Source: Tubiluchus corallicola
Taxonomy: Eukaryota; Animalia; Priapulida
Assembly: GCA_030141605.1 (NCBI GenBank)
Contig: JAQGDQ010002389.1
Coordinates: 1 to 64,000 of the forward strand
Direction: 5' to 3'
DNA length: 64,000 nucleotides
The notes beneath the pieces are model-generated. The model saw only the letters and a program-made list of their open reading frames with translations. It searched no databases and was not told the DNA's origin. A program made the position numbers and the translations under genes. Positions 51,983 through 61,377 of the stretch are shown here, one piece after another. The stretch's first letter is position 1. Each line of letters opens with the position of its first letter.

Positions 51983-52630
51983 ATGAAACAGGGCGTTATA
52001 AAAAAAATCTCTTTTATCACACTTTTATCTTTATTGATTTCTTTTTTACAAATTACACAATCCTATGCCGCAAAAGAAAATAATGGCTTTATTTTCAATA
52101 CAGAGGCTAAAAATTTACCAAAAGAAATAAACTTCCCTAAATGGGATTATGCTTTTGAAACCTCTATGAAAAAACTTGCAGACAAAACAGAAGAAAAAAC
52201 ATTTAAAAAATGGAAAGAATTTATTGAAACAGCCCAAACATACCAACGGCATAAACAGTTAATGGCTGTAAACGCATATGTTAACAAACTGAAATATGTT
52301 AAAGATATCAATAACTGGGGAAAAAAAGATTATTGGGCTTCTATAGACGAAACACTGAAAAAAAATAGTGGAGATTGCGAAGATTACGCCATTTTAAAAT
52401 ATATGACATTAAAAGCCTTAGGATGGGATATGAAAAATATAACACTGCTTGTCGTTAGAAATACAAAAGGAAAAAACTTTATACACGCCGTTTTAGCTAT
52501 TCACTCTCCACAAGACAATAAAACATATATCATGGATAACAGATATTCTTATGTTTATCATGATAAAAAAGTTAGCAGTTATGAGCCTCTCTACGCTATT
52601 AATGAAAATAATTTATGGTACTATAATTAA
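51983..52630 (+). CDS. Periplasmic transglutaminase-like cysteine peptidase (BTLCP / peptidase C93, LapG-like)
   Basis: Signal peptide; VNAYVN, D..NWGKKDYWAS, GDCEDYAILKY, HAVL, YIMDN (Cys-His-Asp triad). Confidence 0.92.
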   Translation: MKQGVIKKISFITLLSLLISFLQITQSYAAKENNGFIFNTEAKNLPKEINFPKWDYAFETSMKKLADKTEEKTFKKWKEFIETAQTYQRHKQLMAVNAYVNKLKYVKDINNWGKKDYWASIDETLKKNSGDCEDYAILKYMTLKALGWDMKNITLLVVRNTKGKNFIHAVLAIHSPQDNKTYIMDNRYSYVYHDKKVSSYEPLYAINENNLWYYN

Positions 52631-53317
52631 GGTAATTATACGCGCTTGGCAACACTTCAATAATCTAACATACTAAGCTCTACAAGGATAACAGAGGTGT
52701 TTTAGATATTAAAAAATTTGATAACTTAGTAGAATTTCAGAAAGAATTTTCAACTGAATTAAAATATATTAAGCATTTAATAAAATTATGTTGGCAATAT
52801 AAAGTAAACTGCCTTCATTGTGGAAGAGTTGAAAAAATATGAAAATTAAAATCACCTACTATGTTTAAGTGTGGCACTTGTAACCGCCAGTTTTCTGTAA
52901 GAGTTAGCACTATCTTTGAAGGGGATTCTGCTTTACCTTTACAAAAATGGTTTTTAGCTTAAATAAATCACAAGAAAGAACGACTTGGTAAAGACTTGGG
53001 AGTAAGACAAGCTACGGCTTGATTTATGTAGCAACTCATTAGATACGCCCTTACTTATAATGCTATAGAAAAAACGATTAAAGAATATAGAATGGTGAAA
53101 CTCGCACAAATATACCATTGAAGGTGCATTTCTCTTATTTTAAAAGATATCTAAATGGTACACACTACCAAATAAGTCAAAAGCACTCAGGGGAATATAT
53201 ATAAACTCTTTTATATACAAGTATAACAATAGAGAAAGCACTAATTGTGCTATGTTTAATGAATCTATGAATTTGGTGTTTGGTAAAAGATTAGAGTATA
53301 AAAAGTTAGTTAGCTAA
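52631..53317 (+). mobile_element. IS1595-family (ISXO2-like) element remnant, internally deleted and multiply disrupted
   Basis: Reads CLHCG..FKCGTCNRQFSVRVSTIFE..LPLQKWFLA*..LGKDLGVRQATA*FM, then TN/TIEGAF../KR..YNNR..GKRLEYKKL. Candidate left end GGTAATTAT at 52631. Confidence 0.88.
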
Positions 53318-54061
53318 CCCGATATATTCAACAACTTCATACTGGCTAATAGATTGATTGGGATTGTAATGTACATTTACAGAACATATATGAAGCTTAT
53401 CTTTAAAAAAAGTATTTTCTAAGTTAAATTGATTTATTATTCCATCTGCAAAAATTACTTTTTTGCTTTTATTTTCTATACTTTGTATAATCCCTTTATA
53501 TGTTTTAGCCTCTCCTTTAGAAACTGTTTCTAAGCTTAATTCTACGCTCTTATATAATTCACATTCTTTTTTTAAAGCAGATGATACGTTTTTTAAAGCA
53601 AATACGCTATCGTGTATTTGCTTTGTTGTATCTTTATCTAATGAATATTTTATATCCTCTTTACCTGGTGCTTGTATATAAAAATTAATTTGGTTAACAG
53701 TATTAAAATCTTCTGTAACATTATGTAATGTGTTTACTTGATTTTTAGCTTCTTTATCTTTTTCTTTAAACTTACTTAATACGCTATCCATATTATTTTC
53801 AGCATGTTTTAGAGTATTTATAACATACTTGCCAAACTCATAAACACCGTGACTAACTATACCAGTTATAATTGGAACCATAACATATTGTGAAAATTCA
53901 AAAATTACAGAGCCATCTTTTACACTTTGTATACTAAGAGATGAATTTTTATTAGTAAATCTCGCATACTCCTTTTTTAAGCCAGTAAGATAATTAGTAA
54001 AATCAGATAAAGACAAGCCTTCTTTTCTATCATAATCAATACGAATCTGTAACTTTTCCAC
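53306..54061 (-). CDS. Hypothetical 251-aa protein, candidate IS passenger gene
   Basis: Intact GTG-start ORF, very AT-rich, convergent with and overlapping the transposase remnant stop. Confidence 0.75.
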   Translation of the reverse strand: MEKLQIRIDYDRKEGLSLSDFTNYLTGLKKEYARFTNKNSSLSIQSVKDGSVIFEFSQYVMVPIITGIVSHGVYEFGKYVINTLKHAENNMDSVLSKFKEKDKEAKNQVNTLHNVTEDFNTVNQINFYIQAPGKEDIKYSLDKDTTKQIHDSVFALKNVSSALKKECELYKSVELSLETVSKGEAKTYKGIIQSIENKSKKVIFADGIINQFNLENTFFKDKLHICSVNVHYNPNQSISQYEVVEYIGLAN

Positions 54062-54281
54062 TCTACAAAACCAATTGCTAAAGTATTAATCGTTATATAA
54101 TATACTCTAGTTTATATTAGTGAATTATAATAATAGCTAGATATATTTATAGCTCTATACAGCTTTTAGATTCCCAAAAGTATCCTACTGTAGTTGAATG
54201 ACCATAAAATAAATAGCTAAGAGCTATTTTGAAGCTTAACTGTAATATTATCAAATAAAGCAGAGTAGCAATCTTACCATT

Positions 54282-54383
54282 GAAATACTTGCTTGTACTT
54301 TTTCAACGGCTTGTGCCATCTTTCGTCCAGGTAACGATATAAGTGCCGAAATACTTGCTTGTACTTTTTCAACGGCTTATGCC
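54282..54383. repeat. Two 36-bp direct repeats separated by 30 bp
   Basis: GAAATACTTGCTTGTACTTTTTCAACGGCTT(G/A)TGCC at 54282-54317 and 54348-54383; one mismatch. Confidence 0.9.
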
Positions 54384-54388
54384 CCGTT

Positions 54389-54426
54389 TAAAATAAAGCG
54401 CTGTATTTTAAAGAAAATACAGCGCT
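54389..54426 (-). terminator. Intrinsic terminator of the pectin operon
   Basis: Perfect 13-bp stem AGCGCTGTATTTT-aaag-AAAATACAGCGCT (54397-54426), followed on the minus strand by TTATTTT; 23 nt after the PL2 stop. Confidence 0.8.
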
Positions 54427-54449
54427 CATAATAATTATCTAAAAAATTC

Positions 54450-56156
54450 TTAACGTGTTACACGATAAAAAATATTTCTATCATATGTTGTTTTTACACT
54501 TCCGTCTTCAAAAAGATACTCTCCGTGAATATAAGCACTATCAGATAAATAAAGTGGAATATCTTTCATCTCCTCTAATGCCGCAATAAGAGAAACTAAA
54601 GCAAACGCCTCTATAGAGGCAAATCTTGTATAAATATGATCAGAAGACTCTATAAAATACCCTTTTATATAACGATTCTTTAAAATATTTTCAGCAATAC
54701 GAAGTCCTAAATTCAAGTAAGCTTTTCGCTTTGTCGCATGAAAAATATCAATCAATAGAAAAATAGCTTTAGGATCATCAACTGTGGTTTGCATATTTAA
54801 ATAATGAACACCATGTGGATTAGCACCAATATCTCCCATCTCAAATCCCTTAACCATCTGTCGCAGCACACGCCATAGACGTATGTCCTTGGCTAATAAA
54901 TACCCACGAGCATAGGGAATAGCATGATCCAACAATAAAGTCGATCGTTTGAATTCTCTTCCTTTCTTCCCATAATATCCATCCCGCTGAAAAACTTGTC
55001 CCGTAAGATCCTTGCCATCCGTCCACATAGGAATAAGAGTATTTTCCTCAGCATCATATCCATATTGAGCAAACTTGACTAAACCCTCCAAAGCCCAATT
55101 CATCACCTCGGGATTGTTTAAAGCTTTTGAAAGATGCATATACACTAAACCAGACTCAGATAAAATAGTCTTCTGGTTTCTAAATAAAACGTTCCCCTCA
55201 TAGGCAACAGAACCAAACTCAGGTCCAAACTGCCGCTGCGCACGATCACCATACTTGGAGCTTGTATCCTTATCATTCTTAGGAGGCCAATCACGGCGCC
55301 TCGGAGAAGAATATTGATACACAGGAAGACCTGTCTCAGGATGGCGTGCCATAACATATTGTTTCGCTAAATGATGCCCCCAGGCTGCCGCTTGCTCATC
55401 CCTTGTGTATTTATAAAGCATACTTGCTGCGTAAATCAAATCGCTCCCAGCATTAATAAATGTCAATCCCTTTGTCTCTGCCATCTTAGGAAGAGAGTTC
55501 TGAACAACATCCACTTTTATAGCCTTGAAAATATCATCATTATAAACCTTGCTGTAAGAGCCATGGCGATTCATATCAAGCGTCTTCCAATCATCAACAT
55601 GCGCATTCCAAAGCGCTTTTAAAAGTCTAACTGTCTTGTCAGACTCAATCTGGTAGAAAAAATCATAATAAGGAAAATGGTTCTTTAATTCATGAACCAT
55701 ATTCTTATCATCTGGCCCTTCAAGCTCTAACGTATCTAAATTAATAAAACGATGTCCCCCCCAATACAAAAGACCATTCTCATCCTGATAATGATCAAAC
55801 ATATATTGAGTGATTTCTTTCGCTTTCTGCTCGTATAGATCCTTCCCTGTAATCCGTGATAAAATAACCAGCGTTTTCAAAAGCGTCTGCTGATTCGCAA
55901 AATTAGTGATCACAGCTTCACGACCATCTTCAAAACGCCATTTGACAAGCTCTCCCGTATCAATATTAATTCCATCCGCAAGCAAAGGAGAAGGCATGAC
56001 TGAACTATAACCATTTTTGAAAATTGTCTCCATAGCCTGCTCAACAGTTTGCACAATTTTTATTTCCCTTTCTGTAGCAAACCCTTGTGACCATCCCACA
56101 ATAAAAAACATACCGAAACAAAATAATAAGCCTTTTCCTGATTTTCTAAAGAACAT
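54450..56156 (-). CDS. Polysaccharide lyase family 2 pectate lyase (PelW-like) with signal peptide
   Basis: PLLADG, NFANQQ, YWGGHRF, VHELKNH, WNAHV, ETKGLTFINAG, GDRAQRQFGPEF. Confidence 0.92.
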   Translation of the reverse strand: MFFRKSGKGLLFCFGMFFIVGWSQGFATEREIKIVQTVEQAMETIFKNGYSSVMPSPLLADGINIDTGELVKWRFEDGREAVITNFANQQTLLKTLVILSRITGKDLYEQKAKEITQYMFDHYQDENGLLYWGGHRFINLDTLELEGPDDKNMVHELKNHFPYYDFFYQIESDKTVRLLKALWNAHVDDWKTLDMNRHGSYSKVYNDDIFKAIKVDVVQNSLPKMAETKGLTFINAGSDLIYAASMLYKYTRDEQAAAWGHHLAKQYVMARHPETGLPVYQYSSPRRRDWPPKNDKDTSSKYGDRAQRQFGPEFGSVAYEGNVLFRNQKTILSESGLVYMHLSKALNNPEVMNWALEGLVKFAQYGYDAEENTLIPMWTDGKDLTGQVFQRDGYYGKKGREFKRSTLLLDHAIPYARGYLLAKDIRLWRVLRQMVKGFEMGDIGANPHGVHYLNMQTTVDDPKAIFLLIDIFHATKRKAYLNLGLRIAENILKNRYIKGYFIESSDHIYTRFASIEAFALVSLIAALEEMKDIPLYLSDSAYIHGEYLFEDGSVKTTYDRNIFYRVTR

Positions 56157-56167
56157 TTTTCCAATCC

Positions 56168-57289
56168 TTACGTTAACTTCTCCTGACCTGTATTTAAATT
56201 TCGCAAAATTTCCGCATAAGCCATCATGAAAATACCCACCCCTTTTCCGTCATTCTGAACAATAGGCTCTGAAATATAATAATCAAAAGAACCATCACGG
56301 TACGGATAAGTATCATCTATTCTCCCTAAACCAGCCATAACACATATATTTTCCAGCTGCTCATCCTTTAAAAACAGATCAACAACACTGTTAAAACTTT
56401 CCTGACCATACGAAAAATAAACCTCCGGCAAGTAACCAAGGCGCACTCCCTTCATTAAAGTATAGGAAAACATCAAAGAAGATGAGACTTCTATATAATT
56501 CCCTTCACGAGACTTCTGATCTATAACCTGATACCATAATTGCGTCTTATCATCCTGAAACGATAAAATGGACTTCATCGCCTCTCGCAACAAAAGCTCA
56601 AGATAACGATAATCTTCAAAAACCGTTTCTGACATAGCTTCCAAAATGTCAACCAGAGACATAACATACCATCCCATCGCACGCCCCCAAAAACATGGCG
56701 ATACACCCGTTTTAGGGTGAGCCCACCTCTTAAGCCGAGCTTCATCATAACCATGGTAATAAAGACCACTCTTCTCATCACGCATGAAAGAGTTAACATT
56801 ACGAATTTGACCAGTAATATCATAATAATGCCTCTTTCCAGTCCATAACGTATCATAACGCATGTAAAAAGGCTGCCCCATATACAAACCATCCAACCAA
56901 ACCTGATGAGGATAGGATTTTTTATGCCAGAAATTTCCAGACTGTGTACGAGGATGAGATTGAAGCTGGCTATAAAGTGTATCAAGAGCAATCTTAAACT
57001 TCTTTAGAGGATTTTCTTGATAAAGCGATACCAATGTATAACCAGGCTGAATATTATCAATATTAAAATCATCAAGCTTATAAGTCGGAATATCCCCGTT
57101 TGAACGAATCAGCTGATCAAAATAATGAAAAACAAAATCATAAAATTGCCGTTCCTTTGTAATCGTGTAAATATCAAAACTTCCCTTTAAAACACACCCA
57201 TCCTCATAACACCATTGACCATCCTTATAAAAAGAATAATTTTGAATATAGGCGTTGATAAAATCAGCTGATTTCTGAATTCTGCCCAT
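56168..57289 (-). CDS. GH105 unsaturated (rhamno)galacturonyl hydrolase (YteR-like)
   Basis: WCYEDG, NIDNI, FWHKK.YP.QVWLDGLYM, FWGRAMGWY, ND.KGVG. Confidence 0.92.
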   Translation of the reverse strand: MGRIQKSADFINAYIQNYSFYKDGQWCYEDGCVLKGSFDIYTITKERQFYDFVFHYFDQLIRSNGDIPTYKLDDFNIDNIQPGYTLVSLYQENPLKKFKIALDTLYSQLQSHPRTQSGNFWHKKSYPHQVWLDGLYMGQPFYMRYDTLWTGKRHYYDITGQIRNVNSFMRDEKSGLYYHGYDEARLKRWAHPKTGVSPCFWGRAMGWYVMSLVDILEAMSETVFEDYRYLELLLREAMKSILSFQDDKTQLWYQVIDQKSREGNYIEVSSSLMFSYTLMKGVRLGYLPEVYFSYGQESFNSVVDLFLKDEQLENICVMAGLGRIDDTYPYRDGSFDYYISEPIVQNDGKGVGIFMMAYAEILRNLNTGQEKLT

Positions 57290-58865
57290 AAGATATTTCT
57301 CCTAATAATTCTGTATTCTCTTGAATAATTGAGTTTCCAACCGCATTTTCTACTAACACATTTTCTAAAAACAACCCTTCTACATTATTGAGATATAACC
57401 CCATAGAAGATACAGGATCAAAAAAGCTCATCATTGCAGGATATCCACTAGAAGCATCCGCTTTCATAGAAACACGATAGTTTTTTATAACCAAATTTTT
57501 TATCTTTTTTTCCGGCAAACCATAAACAAAACCGGCCGCGTACTCCGCACCATGGCAAAGGATATCCTCAAGAAAAATATTCTTGATCTCCGGTGTGCCG
57601 GAATCAACCGGTAGAATCTCCTTTGTCCATATATATTCCGACTCTCCATTCGGATCACAGCAATAGAACGCATTAATGACAAAAGGCGTGCAAACAGAGT
57701 CCATAACGATATTCTTAATCGTGATATTATCAATAATTCCATCCTTACCACGACCACGGCACGTTTTAATACGAATACCCCTGTCTGTTTGATTCATCAC
57801 ACAATCTTTGACGGAAACATCTTTCACACCTCCGGCCATCTCGCTGCCAATAACAACGCCGCCATGACCCGATTCCATTAAGCAATTGGAAATCAAAAGA
57901 GAAGAAGAAGGGCAGCGGAGACGGCGCCCTAAATAAATCTTTCCCGACTTAATGGCAATGCAATCATCCCCAACAGAAAATCTAACTCCAGAAATACGAA
58001 CCATATGGCACGATTCAGGATTAATACCATCTGTATTTGGAGAACTATGTTGATTCTTGATAAATAAATTAACAAAAGTAAGAGACTCGGAAAAAATGGG
58101 ATGAACCGTCCAAGAAGGAGAATGAGAAAGCATAACACCCTCCACCAGAATATTCCGACATTTTGAGAAATAAAGTAAACGAGGACGCCAAGCGTCTATT
58201 TTCTCTTTCGGGGAATGCCACCAATTTTCAAAGCTGGCATTCCCATGAATAGACCCCTCTCCTGTAATCGTAACATCCTCTATATCAACCCCTGTTAATA
58301 AAGAGGCGAAACAATCCAGTGGATTTCCTTCCCACGATCCCAGATATTCTTCCTGGCTATAAGAATAATCTTCCAGTAAACCTGGTAAAATCGGATAAAA
58401 ATCACGATGAAAAAGCCCTTTTAATTCACTCCCTTTTTCAAGCAAAAGTGTAATATGACTCTTTAAAAAAAGAGGTCCGCTCATATATGTTCCTGGAGAA
58501 AAAACAATACAGCCATTTTTCGGGCAAGAGCTAATCGCTGCCTGCAAAGCCGCTGTGTCGTTCGATCTGCCATCTCCTACAGCACCAAACTTTTTGACAG
58601 AAACAACAGAAGTTTCCTCCTTGGTCTGAAAGGAATATGAAAATCTTTCCCCCTTATAGGCAACAGAGATATTATACAAACTTCCTGGGCTTAAGCGAAA
58701 AAGTGTAAAAACATTCTGTCGCGTCTTAAAAGCAAAAGAATTTCCAAGAAAAATATCTTTTTCTTCCACCGTCTTAAAACATCCCTCACCAGACAGCTCA
58801 AAACTTGCTGTGCGTGATGTCGTACTAATCAACTCTAAAGATAATGTCATAGAGAGAAACCCCAT
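57264..58865 (-). CDS. GH28 polygalacturonase (probably cytoplasmic, exo-acting) with short N-terminal beta domain
   Basis: FGAVGDG, NTDG, GDDCIAIKSG, GHGG..IGSE, RIKT catalytic motifs; no signal peptide. Confidence 0.93.
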   Translation of the reverse strand: MGFLSMTLSLELISTTSRTASFELSGEGCFKTVEEKDIFLGNSFAFKTRQNVFTLFRLSPGSLYNISVAYKGERFSYSFQTKEETSVVSVKKFGAVGDGRSNDTAALQAAISSCPKNGCIVFSPGTYMSGPLFLKSHITLLLEKGSELKGLFHRDFYPILPGLLEDYSYSQEEYLGSWEGNPLDCFASLLTGVDIEDVTITGEGSIHGNASFENWWHSPKEKIDAWRPRLLYFSKCRNILVEGVMLSHSPSWTVHPIFSESLTFVNLFIKNQHSSPNTDGINPESCHMVRISGVRFSVGDDCIAIKSGKIYLGRRLRCPSSSLLISNCLMESGHGGVVIGSEMAGGVKDVSVKDCVMNQTDRGIRIKTCRGRGKDGIIDNITIKNIVMDSVCTPFVINAFYCCDPNGESEYIWTKEILPVDSGTPEIKNIFLEDILCHGAEYAAGFVYGLPEKKIKNLVIKNYRVSMKADASSGYPAMMSFFDPVSSMGLYLNNVEGLFLENVLVENAVGNSIIQENTELLGEISYGQNSEIS

Positions 58866-58896
58866 ACCAAAGAATAGTTATTATATGCGCTAGATC

Positions 58897-60189
58897 CTAG
58901 CGAGAGCGTTTAAGGCGCCTTAAAATCCGATTGCCATCACTCACCATCTTTTCAGCGGCTTGCTCAACGGACATTTTGTCATATCCAAGGCTTTCTATAA
59001 TCTCTTCATAAAGCGCATACATTTGTGCATTTTCAAAAAATGGTGATTCAGGAAGCCCCTTATTATCACGAACATATAAATATCCTTTGTAAACAAGATC
59101 ATTCTCATCAAGAAACCCCTCTTCTCTCAAAATTGTAGAGGCTCTACGGCTAAGTGGAATGCCTCGGATTGTCTTAAGAATTCTTACAGCATCTGGGTCA
59201 TTTATCAGAAAATCTAGCAGAAGAGCCGCTTCTTTAGGGTGTTTGGTATTTTTGTTAATCGAAAACATCATGGAAACCTTCTGATAAATTCCTGAATCTT
59301 TCGCTCCTTCTATCGTAGGATAATCCGCAAGAATAATTTCCTGCCCTGGCTTTAATGTCGCAACAAATTTAGGAATCGACGTATTCCATTGTGGAGAACC
59401 AGCAAATTCACCATTAATCCATGCCCCCGCTTCGTTAATAACAACATTGCCAAAAGATGAGCGATATTTCATAGGAGGCAGCGCATGGCTATCGATAAGA
59501 GATTGATAAAAACGAAATCCGTCAAGCCATTCGCTAACAGAATGATTCATGCGGCCATCTTGATTGATAATGGGCTTGCCTGTCTTTTGCACTAAATAAG
59601 AACGAATAAGAAAAACTCTCTCCCGCTCATCCGCATCAAACGGATAATATTTATTGCCTAAACGCTTAGTAAATTGCCTTCCCGCTACAGAAAGATCATC
59701 CCATGTCTTCGCAAAAGAAGCGTCCGCCTTCTCATAAGTCGTTTTGTTGAGATAAAATAAACGCGCCGTTAACGCTGTCGGTATACCGTTTAATTTGTCG
59801 TTGACCGTAACGGATTCTAAATCCTTTTTATCAAACTGGCTGAGATCAATGACATCCCCTAGGGTATTAAGATCATAAAACCCATCACCTTTCGCTGAAA
59901 AAATAGGAATCCACGGATAGTTAATCTGCATTAGATCAGGCGCTGTTCTCCCAGCAATCTGCGTTGTGATCTTTTCAAAATGCCCCCCCCAACCAGTATA
60001 TTCTGCCTTTACCTTAATATGAGGGTATTTACTTTCAAAAAGACGAACGGCTTGAATCGTCGCTTTATGGCGAGAATCACCCCCCCACCAAGAAAAACGA
60101 ATTTCAACCTGATCTTGAGAAAATGATAACGAAATGCCCACCATTGTAAATAATGAAAATACCAGTAAAAAAATACCTTTTTGTCTCAT
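58897..60189 (-). CDS. togB: Oligogalacturonide ABC transporter substrate-binding protein
   Basis: Signal peptide; FSWWGGDSRH, KAEYTGW.GH, QINYPW..FS..GDGFYDL, HPKEAA. Confidence 0.85.
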   Translation of the reverse strand: MRQKGIFLLVFSLFTMVGISLSFSQDQVEIRFSWWGGDSRHKATIQAVRLFESKYPHIKVKAEYTGWGGHFEKITTQIAGRTAPDLMQINYPWIPIFSAKGDGFYDLNTLGDVIDLSQFDKKDLESVTVNDKLNGIPTALTARLFYLNKTTYEKADASFAKTWDDLSVAGRQFTKRLGNKYYPFDADERERVFLIRSYLVQKTGKPIINQDGRMNHSVSEWLDGFRFYQSLIDSHALPPMKYRSSFGNVVINEAGAWINGEFAGSPQWNTSIPKFVATLKPGQEIILADYPTIEGAKDSGIYQKVSMMFSINKNTKHPKEAALLLDFLINDPDAVRILKTIRGIPLSRRASTILREEGFLDENDLVYKGYLYVRDNKGLPESPFFENAQMYALYEEIIESLGYDKMSVEQAAEKMVSDGNRILRRLKRSR

Positions 60190-60211
60190 GAGTAATTCCT
60201 CCCATAGAATC

Positions 60212-61348
60212 TTACGAATCTAGATTTTTTTCTGTTTTATGATCAAATAGATAACATTTTTCTAAATCAAAGAAAAAACGTCCCTTCCCTAATATCTTTT
60301 TTTGCAAAATACTATCTGTGATATGAGAAGACGACTCCCGTACAATCGTATTGTATCCTGCAAAATCAAAATAAATAAAAATCTCATGCCCCATATTTTC
60401 CACAATTCTGATCGGGCACTCGACAGTATTTTCCTGAACAGAATTGCCCTCATTCATAAAAGAGATCGCTTCGGGTCTTAACGCAACAAAGATTTTCTTT
60501 TCCGAGTAATTCTTTAAACTCTGCGCTTTCTTATCAGAAAAACGGAAATCAGAACCGGAAATATTGACATAAAGATCCCCCCCTTTGGAAAACAAGCTTC
60601 CTTCCATCATATTAATCGCCGGAGAGCCGATAAACTCTGCGACAAATTTATTCGCAGGCTTGTTATAAAGAGCATAAGGTGTATCAGTCTGCTGTATCTC
60701 ACCCAGTTTCAATACACACACGCGATCCGCCATCGTCATCGCCTCAACTTGATCATGGGTAACATAAACAGATGTGGATGGCTGGCCATCACGCCGCAGA
60801 TTATTATGAAGCTCAGTTAAACGAATACGCATAGCGGCCCGTAATTTCGCGTCCAAGTTAGAAAGAGGCTCATCAAAAAGAAATACCTCCGGCTTCTTCA
60901 CAATCGCACGACCAACAGCAACCCGTTGAGCCTGACCACCAGAAAGCTGCTTGGGTAAACGATCCATCAAATCTTCAATCTCAAGATTTTTCGCAGCCTC
61001 AGATACACGCTTGTTAATCTCATTTTCAGGCAACTTTGATAAACGCAAACCAAAATCTAAATTCTGAAACGTTTTCATATGAGGATAAAGTGCGTAATTC
61101 TGAAAAACCATCGCAATACCACGCTCTTTGGGCAAAAGATTATTGACCACTTTTCCAGCAATCCTAATTTCCCCGCCGGAAATACTCTCTAAACCAGCAA
61201 TCATCCGTAATGTCGTTGATTTAGCACATCCAGATGGACCAACAATCACCATAAACTCACCATCTTTGATCTCAAGGTCAATGCCATGAACAGCCTTAAA
61301 TCCATTAGGATAACGTTTCTCAACTTTATTTAAAATAACCTCTCCCAT
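60212..61348 (-). CDS. togA: Oligogalacturonide ABC transporter ATP-binding protein
   Basis: MGEVILNKVEKRYPNGFKAVHG, GPSGCAKST, LSGGQAQR. Start reset to ATG 61348 behind AAGGAG. Confidence 0.88.
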   Translation of the reverse strand: MGEVILNKVEKRYPNGFKAVHGIDLEIKDGEFMVIVGPSGCAKSTTLRMIAGLESISGGEIRIAGKVVNNLLPKERGIAMVFQNYALYPHMKTFQNLDFGLRLSKLPENEINKRVSEAAKNLEIEDLMDRLPKQLSGGQAQRVAVGRAIVKKPEVFLFDEPLSNLDAKLRAAMRIRLTELHNNLRRDGQPSTSVYVTHDQVEAMTMADRVCVLKLGEIQQTDTPYALYNKPANKFVAEFIGSPAINMMEGSLFSKGGDLYVNISGSDFRFSDKKAQSLKNYSEKKIFVALRPEAISFMNEGNSVQENTVECPIRIVENMGHEIFIYFDFAGYNTIVRESSSHITDSILQKKILGKGRFFFDLEKCYLFDHKTEKNLDS

Positions 61349-61377
61349 AATATTCTCCTTTATTAGTAGCTTTAAAA

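Noticed and set aside
49722-53317. TGA at Trp positions in the PL2 fragment and IS1595 relic, suggesting genetic code 4
   Set aside because: The same relics also contain TAA/TAG stops and frameshifts, and intact genes (sdhD, tsaD, lexA, petB) end in TGA. These are ordinary TGG-to-TGA decay mutations.
54120-54383. A complete CRISPR-Cas locus or tracrRNA near the 36-bp repeats
   Set aside because: No cas gene, only two repeats and no anti-repeat found; kept only as a repeat.
54088-54440. Right inverted repeat and target duplication of the IS1595 element
   Set aside because: Only partial matches to CGCGTATAATTACC; the best candidate overlaps the operon terminator.
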